Notes: generated from the sequence alone by a model not told the origin. A stretch of DNA of 32,000 nt from Haloferax volcanii DS2 (GCF_000025685.1 NC_013967.1:1980001-2012000); one strand, 5' to 3'; positions 1 through 10,313 are shown, numbered from the stretch's first letter. Translations and numbers: made by a program.

Positions 1-47
1 GTGTTCTGCCACGTCCCGAAGCCTACTCTTGGCTCGCTAAATACCAT
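1..47 (-). CDS. Possible 5' end of an aldo/keto-reductase-like gene (partial, runs off the window)
   Basis: Minus-strand ATG at 47..45 translates to MVFSEPRVGFGTWQNT; G-F-G-T-W-Q resembles the N-terminal AKR signature. An in-frame stop lies upstream at 86..84. An AT-rich box (TTATTATA on the minus strand, 77..84) lies about 30-37 nt upstream. Only 16 codons are visible. Confidence 0.3.
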   Translation of the reverse strand, partial: MVFSEPRVGFGTWQN

Positions 48-206
48 GATCGTCAGTACGTTCTCGGGTGATCCTATAATAATCTATGGGGGGACGCGAG
101 AAGACAGTGGATCGGGTGACTGGAGTCTTCGTTCGTCTCTCGAACAGCTGTGACTGTACTGATGGGAAGGTTTTTACCGTTGGTTCATGAAGAATTGGCA
201 CGTTCC

Positions 207-1151
207 ATGAGTACAATCAACAAGCATGGCTCCCGGGCTCGAGAGTTACGAGACGAGGTGTTCGAGTTCCTCTCAAAAAAGAAGGTATTGACCGCGCTGA
301 CGATTCTCCCGCCGATGCTACTCTTCACGTTCGTGAATCTCGTTCCGATTATCGGCGTCATCGGCGCGAGTTTCTTCAACATCAACGCCTTCTCGAACGA
401 GTGGCAGTGGATCGGGACTGCGAACTTCGAGTCGCTCCTGACGAGCGACTCGTTCTACGATGCGCTCAACCGGTCGGTGATATACGCGGGTGGCTCGGTC
501 GTCATTCAGGTGATTTTCGGGACGACTCTCGCGCTATTGCTCAACCGGTCGTTCAAGTTCGTGAATATCGCGCGCACGTTCGCAATTCTCCCGTACCTCA
601 TCCCGAACGCCGTCATCGGCTTCATGGCGCTCTGGATGCTCAATTCGCAGTGGGGAATCGTCAACCAGCTCGCCGTCCAGATCGGTCTCACCCAAGGGTA
701 CGTGTCGTTCTTCGGAGACCAAGGATCGGCGATGCTCGCGGCGATTCTCACGAGTAGTTGGAAAGACTCTATCTTCGTCACGGTGATGGTGCTCGCTCGA
801 CTGCAGGCTATCCCCGAGAGCTTCTATGAGGCGGCGAAGATGTCCGGTGCGACGGCCTACCAGCGATTCCGAGATATCACCCTGCCGAACCTGAAGGGTG
901 TGTTCTTTATCGTGCTGCTGCTGCGTGCGGTGTGGATGTTCAACACCTTCGACTACATCTGGGTCCTCACGCAAGGAGGACCGCGAGGAGCGACGACGAC
1001 CGCACCCATCTACGCGTACAACATCGCCTTCGGGACGAGTCGGCTCGGCATCGCCGCGGCCGTTTCGACCGTGCTGTTCCTCGTCTTGTTGGTCGCGGCA
1101 GTGTTGTACTTCCGGATCTTCGAGCCGTCTGAGGAGGTGCGTGCAGAATGA
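207..1151 (+). CDS. Carbohydrate (CUT1-type) ABC transporter permease, MalF/UgpA-like
   Basis: Multi-TM protein with the EAA loop motif (FYEAAKMSGATAYQRFRDITLPNLKG). The ORF opens at GTG 150; ATG 207 (MSTINK...) gives a more typical N-terminus. The stop overlaps the next permease start (1148), indicating operon coupling. Confidence 0.9.
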   Translation: MSTINKHGSRARELRDEVFEFLSKKKVLTALTILPPMLLFTFVNLVPIIGVIGASFFNINAFSNEWQWIGTANFESLLTSDSFYDALNRSVIYAGGSVVIQVIFGTTLALLLNRSFKFVNIARTFAILPYLIPNAVIGFMALWMLNSQWGIVNQLAVQIGLTQGYVSFFGDQGSAMLAAILTSSWKDSIFVTVMVLARLQAIPESFYEAAKMSGATAYQRFRDITLPNLKGVFFIVLLLRAVWMFNTFDYIWVLTQGGPRGATTTAPIYAYNIAFGTSRLGIAAAVSTVLFLVLLVAAVLYFRIFEPSEEVRAE

Positions 1152-2068
1152 GCATTCGTAACGACATCGGACGCAAGTGGTCGAACGTCAAACAGCGGAC
1201 CGTGGACAAGCCGTGGAACCCGCTGACGCACCTCTCGCACCAGGGTCGGTCGACGGGGTGGAACTTGACGCTGAACGCCCTGTTGGTGCTGCAGCTGTTC
1301 GTCGTCATCTTCCCCATCTTCTGGATGGTCAGTACGGCGCTACGGCCGACGGACATGATTTACAACGTTCCGCAAACGCTGCTACCGCAGATATTCTCCG
1401 TCGAGAACTTCGTCAACACGTTCGAGGGGACGAACTTCCCGACGTACTTCAAAAACAGCATGATTCTCTCGGTGGGCGTCGTCGTGGTCACGACATCGAT
1501 GTCGACGCTGGCTGGCTACGGGCTCACGCGCATCGACATCCCACACAAGAAGACGTTCGCGAGAATCATTCTTTTCGGGTACATGTTCCCGCAGATTCTG
1601 CTCGCGATCCCGATGTTCATCTTCTGGAGTCGCATCGGCCTCATCAACAGCCACCTCGGCCTCATCTTGGCGGTTACCGCGACCGCCTTGCCGTTCGGCA
1701 TCTGGTTGATGTGGAAGTTCTTCCAGAACGTTCCCATCTCGCTCGAAGAGTCCGCCCAGATGGCGGGCGCGTCGCCGTTCCGGGCGTTCTACGAGATCGC
1801 ACTACCGATGGCGAAACCCGGTGTCATCGCGGTAGCCATCTTCTCGTATGCAACGGCGTGGGGTGCGTACACGATTCCCCGAATCATCATGCCGACGAGT
1901 GAAAACTGGCCGCTCACCGTGGGTATCCACATGTTCACGATTCAGAAACAGACTCTCTGGGGAGAGGTCATGGCCGCGAGCGTGATGATGGTAATCCCGG
2001 CGTTCATCTTCGTCTTCGCGCTCCAGAAGTACCTCCTCGAAGGGTTCGAAGTCGGCGGACAGATGTAA
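1148..2068 (+). CDS. Carbohydrate ABC transporter permease, MalG/UgpE-like
   Basis: Six predicted TM segments and an EAA loop (LEESAQMAGASPFRAFYEIALPMAKPG). There is a 4-nt ATGA overlap with the upstream permease. Confidence 0.9.
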   Translation: MSIRNDIGRKWSNVKQRTVDKPWNPLTHLSHQGRSTGWNLTLNALLVLQLFVVIFPIFWMVSTALRPTDMIYNVPQTLLPQIFSVENFVNTFEGTNFPTYFKNSMILSVGVVVVTTSMSTLAGYGLTRIDIPHKKTFARIILFGYMFPQILLAIPMFIFWSRIGLINSHLGLILAVTATALPFGIWLMWKFFQNVPISLEESAQMAGASPFRAFYEIALPMAKPGVIAVAIFSYATAWGAYTIPRIIMPTSENWPLTVGIHMFTIQKQTLWGEVMAASVMMVIPAFIFVFALQKYLLEGFEVGGQM

Positions 2069-2188
2069 CAGTCGACCACGCGGTCCTTCGACAACCCTCT
2101 CATTTTCGTCCGTTCTGGCAGCAGAGATCCTGCGTTCACCGAAACGTATAATGTCCCCGTCGAATAACGTGTGAGTGGTTGTCAATCA

Positions 2189-3292
2189 ATGACTATTGAG
2201 GTTAGCTCCCTGCGAAAAGAATTCAGTTCGCCGTCCGGAACGATCACGGCCGTCGATAGTATCGACTTCAGCATCGACGAAGGCGATTTCTTCACGTTCG
2301 TCGGCCCGTCCGGGTGTGGGAAGACGACGACGCTCCGTTGTATCGCGGGCCTCGAAACGCCGACGAGCGGGAGTATCCGGTTCGACGGCGAGGACATGAC
2401 GGGGAAACCGGCTCACAAGCGGAATCTGGCGATGATGTTCCAGAACATCGCCCTCTACCCACACATGAAGGTGAAAGAGAACATCTCCTACCCGCTGAAA
2501 GTCCGGAACGTTCCGAAGCAAGAGCGACACGAGAACGCCGAAGAGGCCGCGGACATCATGCAGATTCGAGAACTACTGGAGAAGTACCCCGGCGAACTCA
2601 GCGGTGGCCAGCAACAGCGGGCGGCCTTGGCGCGAACCATCGTCCACGAACCGGAGGCGTTCCTGATGGACGAGCCGCTGAGCGACCTCGACGCGAAGCT
2701 CAAAGTCGAGATTCGCAAGGAAATCCAGCGCGTCCACGACCGCGTGGAGAAGCCGACAATCTACGTGACGCACGACCAAGAGGAGGCGATGACGATGAGC
2801 GACCGTATCGCGGTGTTCAACGACGGCGGCATCGAGCAGATCGGGACGCCCGACGAACTCTACCAGCGGCCGGCGAACCGGTTCGTGGCGAACTTCATCG
2901 GCAACCCGTCGATGAACTTCTTCGACGGCACCGTCGACCGCGCGAGCGGCGAGACGGTCGTCGTATCGGTCGACGGTCGAGACGTCGAGCTTCAGGTGGT
3001 CGACTCCACGGCGGTCGGCGTCGGCGACGGCGTCACGGTTGGCGTCCGGCCCGAAGACGTCAGGCTCGACCGGAACGACGGTGATCTCGAAGGCGAAATC
3101 ACCCTCATCGAGCGGATCGGAAAGCAGATGCTGGCGACCATCGAGGGCCCGCAGGGCGAAGTCAGGGTGACGCTCCCGGCCGACAACTCCTACCAAAAAG
3201 GCGAGGTGGTTCGCCTCGCTATCGAGACTCGGGCGACGCATCTCTTCGATTCCGGCTCCGACGACGTCGTGACCCGCGGCCCGGACGTATGA
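2189..3292 (+). CDS. Sugar ABC transporter ATP-binding protein, MalK/UgpC-like
   Basis: Walker A GPSGCGKTT, signature LSGGQQQR, Walker B FLMDEPLSDLDA, and a C-terminal MalK-type regulatory/OB region. ATG 2189 (MTIEVSSL) is preferred over the ORF-track start at 2171. Confidence 0.9.
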   Translation: MTIEVSSLRKEFSSPSGTITAVDSIDFSIDEGDFFTFVGPSGCGKTTTLRCIAGLETPTSGSIRFDGEDMTGKPAHKRNLAMMFQNIALYPHMKVKENISYPLKVRNVPKQERHENAEEAADIMQIRELLEKYPGELSGGQQQRAALARTIVHEPEAFLMDEPLSDLDAKLKVEIRKEIQRVHDRVEKPTIYVTHDQEEAMTMSDRIAVFNDGGIEQIGTPDELYQRPANRFVANFIGNPSMNFFDGTVDRASGETVVVSVDGRDVELQVVDSTAVGVGDGVTVGVRPEDVRLDRNDGDLEGEITLIERIGKQMLATIEGPQGEVRVTLPADNSYQKGEVVRLAIETRATHLFDSGSDDVVTRGPDV

Positions 3293-3303
3293 CGAGGTGA
3301 CCG

Positions 3304-4137
3304 ATGCACTGGCTACGTCACCGCGGCTCGACCGTGCTCGATCGCGTCAGGAATCCCGCGTACACGGGTGATAATCGGTGTCTCCCCTGTACCGGCGTGA
3401 ACGCCGTTTTCGCCGTTGCCCTCGCCGGAGTCGTCGCGTGGGCGGGGTCGCCGCTCTTGGGTGCTGTCTCACTCGCGGCGTCGGCCGCAGTCATCGGTCT
3501 CCGGGGGTATCTGATACCGGGGACACCGACCCTGACACAGCGATACCTCCCCTCGCGGGCGATGGCGTATTTCGAACACGGGTCGGCACAGACGGCCCTC
3601 GATTCGCATCCGGAACCGGCCGACGTGAGTGACCGCGACCGCGACAACGTCCTCGTCGAACACGGCGTGCTTGTGCCGTGCGACGGCGGGGCGGATCTCT
3701 GTCTGACGGACGCCGTTCGTCGTGCGTGGACGGACGCACTCGACGCTATCGGTGCCGACGTAGACGCCGCACTCTCGGAGTCCGCGCTTGTCGATGCCGA
3801 GTCGTCCGAGTTCGTCGTCGACGAATCGGCCGGCGACTTCGCCGTCTCCGTCGATGGGGCGCACGCCGGTCGGTGGCCCTCGCGCGAAGCGTTCCTCGCC
3901 GACGCGGCCGGTGCGGTTGCGCTGGCGAGCGAACTCCCGGGATGGCACGGGCTGTCTTCGCGAACGCGAGGCATCGCCCTCGGCGAGCTTCGACTGTTCC
4001 TCGACCGCTGCCCGACCTGCGGCGGCGACCCCGACTTTCAGCGTCGAACCGAAGCGACGTGCTGTCGGACGCGACCCGTCACGACGATGCGGTGTGCGGA
4101 CTGCGACGCCTCGTTCGTCGAAGTCGTCGGGGCGTGA
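3304..4137 (+). CDS. Hypothetical membrane-anchored protein with C-terminal zinc-ribbon
   Basis: N-terminal CLPC motif followed by two hydrophobic helices, and a C-terminal CPTCGG...CADCD pair. A strong SD (AGGTGA) lies 4 nt before the ATG and 12 nt after the ATPase stop, so it is probably co-transcribed with the ABC genes. Confidence 0.6.
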   Translation: MHWLRHRGSTVLDRVRNPAYTGDNRCLPCTGVNAVFAVALAGVVAWAGSPLLGAVSLAASAAVIGLRGYLIPGTPTLTQRYLPSRAMAYFEHGSAQTALDSHPEPADVSDRDRDNVLVEHGVLVPCDGGADLCLTDAVRRAWTDALDAIGADVDAALSESALVDAESSEFVVDESAGDFAVSVDGAHAGRWPSREAFLADAAGAVALASELPGWHGLSSRTRGIALGELRLFLDRCPTCGGDPDFQRRTEATCCRTRPVTTMRCADCDASFVEVVGA

Positions 4138-4200
4138 CCCGTTTTCACCACCGCCTGCGGTATCTTTAATACCCCCGCCCCAACTCTGTGAAACAGACGC

Positions 4201-5358
4201 ATGCTAGATTCACCCAAGAGAGTCGAGAGTGCCGAACACACCGTCGTCTACCACGGTGACGGCGAGTTCTCGGCGTGGCCCTTCAACGGCGGGATGTGGA
4301 AGACCGACGATGGCGTAGTCGTCGCGTTCATCAACCACGACTGCGATTACTCGGTGCCCGAGAACCTCCACGACGCCAAGGTCGTTCGCTACGGGAGCGT
4401 CGTCTCCCCGACCGAGAACAAGCAGAATCAGCTGAGCCACGCACGCATCGAGACCTACGGCGCTATCCGTGCGATGCGAACGATCGACGGCGGCGACACG
4501 TGGACGGACGACGGGGTCATCTCGGATAACGTCGAGACCTCCGAACAGGTGCTCTACAACGAGACTCCGGACATCGAGCCCCACGACTTCTCGAATCGGG
4601 ATACCCTCATGGCCTGCTGGTCGTCTCCGCATTCAGCGGCCTCGGACGCGGTTCCCTGGGTGAAGCTGTCCGACGACGGTGGGGACTCGTGGAGCGACGC
4701 GAAGCGCCTCCCGATGTTCGACTTCGAGCGAATACAGGGCCGTCCGTCGTACATCACTCGCGAAGACGGTACGCTCCTGTTGATGCTGACGGGGAAGACG
4801 GGAAGCGACCCCCACGACGTGCCAATCGTGTACGCGTCGTTCGATGGGGGGCAGAACTGGACGTTCCTGTCGCAGATCGACGGGAGCGAGAAGTACCGCA
4901 TGCTGTGTCCCTCGCCAGTCCTGCTCGAGGACGGGACGCTCGTCGCGGCCGTTCGGTGTAAGATATCAGTCGACTGCGAGTGGACCGAAATCTATCGCTC
5001 GACCGACGACGGGCGCAACTGGTCGTTCGTCTCGCGCGTGAACGACCTCGGCGCACCGAGCAAACTCCTTGAGTACGACGGGTCGCTCGTGTGCATCTAC
5101 GGCTACCGCCACCCGCCGTACGGCATCCGCGCCCGCGTGAGTCACGACGACGGTGCCACGTGGAGCCGCGAATGGATTCTCCGCGACGACGGCGCGAACT
5201 ACGACCTCGGCTACCCGCGGGCGGCCGTGCTCGACGACGGGACCATCCTCGCCACGTACTATTTCAACGAACAGGACGACGACGTCGCTGTCGACGGGGG
5301 TCCACGACACATCGCGGCCACTCGATTCGACCCGACAGAACTACTCACCGAGCGGTGA
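4201..5358 (+). CDS. BNR/Asp-box repeat beta-propeller protein (sialidase/exo-alpha-sialidase-like glycoside hydrolase fold), no signal peptide
   Basis: Five Asp-box (S/T-x-D-x-G-x-x-W) repeats: DGGDTWTD, DDGGDSWSD, DGGQNWTF, DDGRNWSF, DDGATWSR. A TTTAATA box at 4165..4171 lies about 30 nt upstream of the ATG. Confidence 0.8.
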   Translation: MLDSPKRVESAEHTVVYHGDGEFSAWPFNGGMWKTDDGVVVAFINHDCDYSVPENLHDAKVVRYGSVVSPTENKQNQLSHARIETYGAIRAMRTIDGGDTWTDDGVISDNVETSEQVLYNETPDIEPHDFSNRDTLMACWSSPHSAASDAVPWVKLSDDGGDSWSDAKRLPMFDFERIQGRPSYITREDGTLLLMLTGKTGSDPHDVPIVYASFDGGQNWTFLSQIDGSEKYRMLCPSPVLLEDGTLVAAVRCKISVDCEWTEIYRSTDDGRNWSFVSRVNDLGAPSKLLEYDGSLVCIYGYRHPPYGIRARVSHDDGATWSREWILRDDGANYDLGYPRAAVLDDGTILATYYFNEQDDDVAVDGGPRHIAATRFDPTELLTER

Positions 5359-5890
5359 TTTCCCGGCGAACAACCTCGTAACCGCGCTTTTACTCCATGG
5401 CCGTGGCACCGTCTCGTCAGATGAGTCGCTGTTTCGATGCACCCCTACTGGTGTCTCGCTCGTCGTCCGCGGCGCAGTCCGCGGGACCGTTAGTCTCCCC
5501 GAGTAGGCATGCGACGATGTCATCGAGGACGTAATTCGGACAACAAAATATTGTGAGAACTATACAATATAATGGGGAACTTGGATTTCTATCTGATTCG
5601 GTAGATATTAATCCTAAATTCAAAATAGCGTTCATTACACTTTTTAACTAGATTTCAGAACATACGCTACTGAATAGTACATTCAATACGTGGATAGCTA
5701 GACTTGTTTAATTGGGCGATTCGACTCGATGCGTCACCTCGTGGTATATTATTGCTTAGTTAATACTATATTAGTCGGTGCTCTCGGGAGACTGACTTCG
5801 CTATACTCTACCCGTGGGAGAGCGAAGTGAACGGCGCCACCCGGTTGCGCGAAACGCTCCCGAACGGCTACCGAGGTTCGATCGCTCCCG

Positions 5891-6100
5891 CTACGTGCGG
5901 TCGAACTCGTCGTCTATCACCGCCAGCGCCCCGCCGGCGTTGAACAGCAGGCGGCTCACGACCACCCACGTCGGCACCGCGAGGACGACCAACGCGACCG
6001 TGCTCGCCACGGGCGACAGCGGCGGCAACAGCCCGCGGTAGAACCACACGATGGCGAACGTCAGGACGATGCGGAGCATCGGCTTGACGGCGACGCTCAT
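5891..6100 (-). CDS. Small (69 aa) two-TM membrane protein, translationally coupled to the peptide ABC operon
   Basis: Its ATG (6100..6098) overlaps the TGA of the upstream ATPase gene (6099..6097) in an ATGA arrangement. Third-position GC is high by hand reading of codons, and there are two clear hydrophobic helices. No recognisable family. Confidence 0.5.
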   Translation of the reverse strand: MSVAVKPMLRIVLTFAIVWFYRGLLPPLSPVASTVALVVLAVPTWVVVSRLLFNAGGALAVIDDEFDRT

Positions 6101-7203
6101 CTGTCGTCGTCACCCCGGCCGTCGGTGACGAGCGTCGGCTCGGCGTCGAAGTTCTCGATGCTGAACCGCTCGTCGACGCCCTGCGCGGCGCTCGGGACGC
6201 CCGCCCCGGTCTCGAACTCGTCGACGTGGATGCAGGCGGCCTTGTGGCCGCCGGTCGCGCCCGCCACGTCGTCCAGCGTCGGGTCGACCGACGTGCACTC
6301 CTCGGTCGCCGCGGGGCACCGCGGGTTGAACGAACAGCCCGACGGCGGGTCGAGCGGCGAGGGCACCTCGCCTTCGAGCACCTGTCGTTGCCGGGCGAGT
6401 TCGGGCACCGGCTGGGGAATCGCGCCCAACAGCGCCCGCGTGTAGGGGTGCTGCGGGTTCGAAAACAGCTCGTCGGCGTCCGCGAGTTCGACGATTTCTC
6501 CGAGGTACATCACGGCGACGCGGTCGCAGACGTGGCGAATCACGCTGAGGTCGTGGGCGATGAACAGAAGCGTCAGGTCGAACTCCTCCTGCAAATCGTC
6601 GAGGAGGTTGAGAATCTGCGCCTGAATCGACACGTCGAGCGCGGAGACGGGTTCGTCGGCGACGATGAAGTCCGGGTCGACCGCGAGCGCGCGGGCGATG
6701 CCGACGCGCTGGCGCTGGCCGCCGGAGAACTCGTGGGGATAGCGGTTGGAGTACTGCGGCGGCAGGCCGACCGTCTCCATAAGTTCGTCCACGCGGGCGT
6801 CGCGTTCGCCCTCGTAGAGGCCGTGAATCTCCATCGGCTGTTTGATGATTTGGCCGACGGTCTTCCGGCGGTTGAGGCTCGACGCGGGGTCTTGGAAGAC
6901 GATTTGGATGCGCTTTCGCATCTCCGTCATCTCCCGGTCCGACAGCGCCGTCAGGTCGGTGCCGTCGTAGCTGACTGTCCCTTTCGTCGGTTCGTCCAGC
7001 CGGAGGACCGACCGCGCAGTCGTCGACTTGCCGGAGCCGGACTCGCCGACGAGTCCGAGCGTCTCGCCGCGCTCGATATCGAAGGAGACGCCGTTGACGG
7101 CTTTCACCGTCTCGTCGGCTCCGAGCAGGCGGTCGATGAAGCCGTCGTTCTGCGTGAAATACTTGTGGAGTCCCGAGACGGACAACAGCGGGTCGTCGCT
7201 CAT
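6097..7203 (-). CDS. Peptide/nickel ABC transporter ATP-binding protein, DppF/OppF-like
   Basis: Walker [10 protein letters not shown], signature FSGGQRQR, Walker [13 protein letters not shown], and a C-terminal oligopeptide-transporter domain ([11 protein letters not shown]). The true start is [12 protein letters not shown] at 7203 (ATGA overlap with the upstream ATPase); the 62-codon Arg-rich extension in the ORF track is spurious. Confidence 0.9.
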   Translation of the reverse strand: MSDDPLLSVSGLHKYFTQNDGFIDRLLGADETVKAVNGVSFDIERGETLGLVGESGSGKSTTARSVLRLDEPTKGTVSYDGTDLTALSDREMTEMRKRIQIVFQDPASSLNRRKTVGQIIKQPMEIHGLYEGERDARVDELMETVGLPPQYSNRYPHEFSGGQRQRVGIARALAVDPDFIVADEPVSALDVSIQAQILNLLDDLQEEFDLTLLFIAHDLSVIRHVCDRVAVMYLGEIVELADADELFSNPQHPYTRALLGAIPQPVPELARQRQVLEGEVPSPLDPPSGCSFNPRCPAATEECTSVDPTLDDVAGATGGHKAACIHVDEFETGAGVPSAAQGVDERFSIENFDAEPTLVTDGRGDDDR

Positions 7204-8276
7204 TGGGACGCACCCCCGTCGGTCGCGGGGGCCGTGGGGCCGCCGCCGTCCGCCTCCGCGCGCTCCGTCTCGATGGCCGACGGCGAGAGGTCGTAGCCGC
7301 GGGCGTGGAGACACGCCGCCTCTCGACCGGGTTCGACCTCTCGCAGTTCGGGGTCGTACGACTCGCACTCGGCGGTCGCGTGGGGACACCGCGGGTGGAA
7401 CGAACAGCCCGACGGCAGGTCGGTGAGGTTCGGCACGTCGCCCTCGACGGGCGTCAGCCGGTCGGTGTCGTCGGTCAGCCGCGGAATCGACCGCATGAGG
7501 CCGCGGGTGTAGGGGTGCCGCGGGTTCTCGAACAGGTCGTCCACGCCGGCGCGCTCGACGACGCGGCCGCCGTAGGCGACGGCGACGCGGTCGCAGGTCC
7601 CGGCGACGACGCCGAGGTCGTGCGTGATGAGGATGATGCTCATCCCGTACTTCTCCTGGAGTTCGTCGAGGACGTTGAATATCTGCGTCTCGATGGTCAC
7701 GTCGAGCGCCGTCGTGGGTTCGTCGGCGATGAGCACGTCCGGCTCGCAGGAGATTGCCATCGCGAGCAGCGCGCGCTGACGCATTCCGCCGGAGAACTGG
7801 TGAGGGTAGTTGTCCACGCGCGAGGTCGGTTCGGGGATGCCCACGTCGGCCATGAGTTCGATGGTCCGCTCGCGGGCCGCCGCGTCCGACACGTCCTGGT
7901 GGGTCTTGATGACCCGGCTAATCTGGTCGCCGACGGTGAACACGGGGTTGAGACTCGTCATCGGGTCCTGAAACATCATCGCGATGTCGTTGCCCCGAAT
8001 CGACCGCATCTCCGCCTCGCTCTTTTCGAGCAGGTCGTCGCCGCGGTATCGGACGCTCCCCCGCTCGATGCGACCGGGGCTGTCCACGAGTTGGAGCATC
8101 GACAGCGCGGTCACGGACTTGCCGGAGCCCGACTCACCGACGATGCCCAGCGTCTCGCCCTCGTAGAGGTCGAACGACGAGCCGTCGACGGCCTTGACCG
8201 TCCCCTCGTCGGTGTAGAACCGCGTGACGAGGTCGCGGATTTCGAGTACCGGCTGTTCGTCCGGGTCGGCGCTCAT
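7200..8276 (-). CDS. Peptide/nickel ABC transporter ATP-binding protein, DppD/OppD-like
   Basis: Walker [10 protein letters not shown], signature FSGGMRQR, Walker [13 protein letters not shown]-terminal [11 protein letters not shown]. The true start is MSADPDEQ at 8276, overlapping the permease stop (8273). Confidence 0.9.
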   Translation of the reverse strand: MSADPDEQPVLEIRDLVTRFYTDEGTVKAVDGSSFDLYEGETLGIVGESGSGKSVTALSMLQLVDSPGRIERGSVRYRGDDLLEKSEAEMRSIRGNDIAMMFQDPMTSLNPVFTVGDQISRVIKTHQDVSDAAARERTIELMADVGIPEPTSRVDNYPHQFSGGMRQRALLAMAISCEPDVLIADEPTTALDVTIETQIFNVLDELQEKYGMSIILITHDLGVVAGTCDRVAVAYGGRVVERAGVDDLFENPRHPYTRGLMRSIPRLTDDTDRLTPVEGDVPNLTDLPSGCSFHPRCPHATAECESYDPELREVEPGREAACLHARGYDLSPSAIETERAEADGGGPTAPATDGGASQ

Positions 8277-9289
8277 CGCTCGCCTCCGTCGTTGCGGGGG
8301 TCGAGCGCGTCGCGCAGGCCGTCTCCGAGCAGGTTGAACCCGAGGATAGTGACGACGATGACGAGTCCGGGGAACACCGAGTACCACCACTCGCCGCTGT
8401 AAAGGTAGCCGCGGGCGTTCGACAGCATCAGTCCGAGGCTCGCGTTCGGCGGCTGGATGCCGAGTCCGAGGAACGACAGCGCGGCGCTGGCGAGGACGGC
8501 CGTCCCCATGTAGAGCGTCCCTTGGACCACGACGGTCGGCAGGGTGTTGACGGCGATGTCCTTCAGGAGGATGTGTCGGTCGCTCGCGCCGAGGGATTTC
8601 GCAGCGTCGATGTAGTCTTCTTCCATCTCCTTGAGGACCGACCCGCGCATGACGCGCGCGAAACTCGGGATGTAGACGACGCCGATGACGGCGATGACCT
8701 TCACGATGTTCGGGAGCGCAAAGGAGCCGTACTCCGTGCTTCCCACCCCGAGCACGCCGATCACCGCGATGGCGAGGATGAGACTCGGGAAGGAAAACAG
8801 GATGTCCATGAAGCGCATGACGACCTCGTCGACCCAGGTGTTGCGGTAGTAGCCGGCGATTGCGCCGGCGGTCACGCCGAGCGCCATCGCGAAGCCGACG
8901 ACGCCGAGCGAGACGGTCATCAGCGTCCGCAACCCGTAGATGATGCGCGAGAGGATGTCCCGGCCGTGGTGGTCGGTGCCGAGGTAGGCCGTCGTCGTAC
9001 CGACGACCTCGCCGGCGCTGTTCTCGATGAGCATCTCGGTGCCTATCGGCATCGGGTTGTGTTCGCCGTCCGGTGCCTCGAACTGCGTCGTCGGGTCGTG
9101 GGGGGCGAGAAACGGCGCGAACAGCGCGGTCAGGAGCATCGTGAGGATAATCGCGCTCCCCACGAGCGAGAGGGTGTTCTGGCGGAACTCCTTCCAGAAC
9201 ATCTCGAACTGACTGTGGTGCGTGCCGGGGGCTTGCGCGGTGGGCACCGCCTCGTCCGTCTGGTCTGTCGTTGCCATGTTAGTTTCCAT
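8273..9289 (-). CDS. Peptide ABC transporter permease, DppC/OppC-like
   Basis: Multi-TM binding-protein-dependent transport permease in operon position 3. An alternative start lies at 9277. Confidence 0.9.
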   Translation of the reverse strand: METNMATTDQTDEAVPTAQAPGTHHSQFEMFWKEFRQNTLSLVGSAIILTMLLTALFAPFLAPHDPTTQFEAPDGEHNPMPIGTEMLIENSAGEVVGTTTAYLGTDHHGRDILSRIIYGLRTLMTVSLGVVGFAMALGVTAGAIAGYYRNTWVDEVVMRFMDILFSFPSLILAIAVIGVLGVGSTEYGSFALPNIVKVIAVIGVVYIPSFARVMRGSVLKEMEEDYIDAAKSLGASDRHILLKDIAVNTLPTVVVQGTLYMGTAVLASAALSFLGLGIQPPNASLGLMLSNARGYLYSGEWWYSVFPGLVIVVTILGFNLLGDGLRDALDPRNDGGER

Positions 9290-10244
9290 CGTGTCTGATG
9301 CGGGGGTCGAGGTAGGCGTACAGCACGTCCACCGCGAGGTTCGCGAAGACGAACACGCTCGCGATGAACAGGATGAGCGCCTGGATGATGCGGTAGTCGC
9401 GGCGGTCGATGGCCAGTATCAGGAGCTTCCCGATACCGGGGAGGTTGAACACCGTCTCGGTCAGAATCGCGCCGTTCATCAGTTGGCCGAGGCCGACGCC
9501 GATGACCGTCACGACGGGGATGAGCGCGTTCTTCGAGGCGTCCTTGAGGACGATTTCGCGCGCGCCGATGCCCATCGCGCGGGCGGTCTTGACGTAGTCC
9601 TGACTGAGCGTGTCCAGCATCTCCGAGCGCATCATCCGGGCGATGAGCGCGGAGTAGGCCGTCCCGAGCGTGATGACCGGGAGGAACAACTGCTGGAGAT
9701 TCGCCACCGGGTCGACCCACGGCGGCGTCCAGCCGCCGGTCGCCCACGGGAACGAAAACTGCACCGCGAAGATCATGATGAGGATGATACCCAGCCAGAA
9801 GTCGGGAATCGAGATACCCGACAGCGCGGCGATACGCGCGGCGTGGTCCGCGGGCTTGTCCTTTCGGACGGCGCTGATGATGCCCGCCGGAATGGCGATG
9901 AGAATCGCCGTAATCATGCTGAGAATCGACAGCTCGACCGTCAGCGGGATGCGCTCGACGATGATGTCGGTCACGGGCGTTCCCTGCTGAACCGTCCACG
10001 ACACGCCGAAGTCGCCTTGGAGGGCGTCGAGCATCCACAGACCGTACTGGACGTACAGCGGGCGGTTGAACCCCATCTCCAGTCGAATCTGCCTGACGAG
10101 CTCCTCGCTGCTGAGCGGGCCGAGCATCACCCGCACCGGACCGCCCGGCGCGAGGTGGACGAGCGCGAAGACGACGACGCTAACCCCGAGGAGGACGGGC
10201 AGGCTCAACAGCAGGCGCTTGAGGACGAACCGGAACATGCTCAC
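9279..10244 (-). CDS. Peptide ABC transporter permease, DppB/OppB-like
   Basis: The typical N-terminus MFRFVLKRLLLSLPVLLGVSVVVF and six TM segments. It overlaps the downstream permease start. Confidence 0.9.
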   Translation of the reverse strand: MSMFRFVLKRLLLSLPVLLGVSVVVFALVHLAPGGPVRVMLGPLSSEELVRQIRLEMGFNRPLYVQYGLWMLDALQGDFGVSWTVQQGTPVTDIIVERIPLTVELSILSMITAILIAIPAGIISAVRKDKPADHAARIAALSGISIPDFWLGIILIMIFAVQFSFPWATGGWTPPWVDPVANLQQLFLPVITLGTAYSALIARMMRSEMLDTLSQDYVKTARAMGIGAREIVLKDASKNALIPVVTVIGVGLGQLMNGAILTETVFNLPGIGKLLILAIDRRDYRIIQALILFIASVFVFANLAVDVLYAYLDPRIRHDGN

Positions 10245-10313
10245 GGCTGAGTCACCTCCCGGGTCGCCGCTGGAAATCGACGGGGCTGGCGCGAACGCGT
10301 GTGCATCTGTTCG

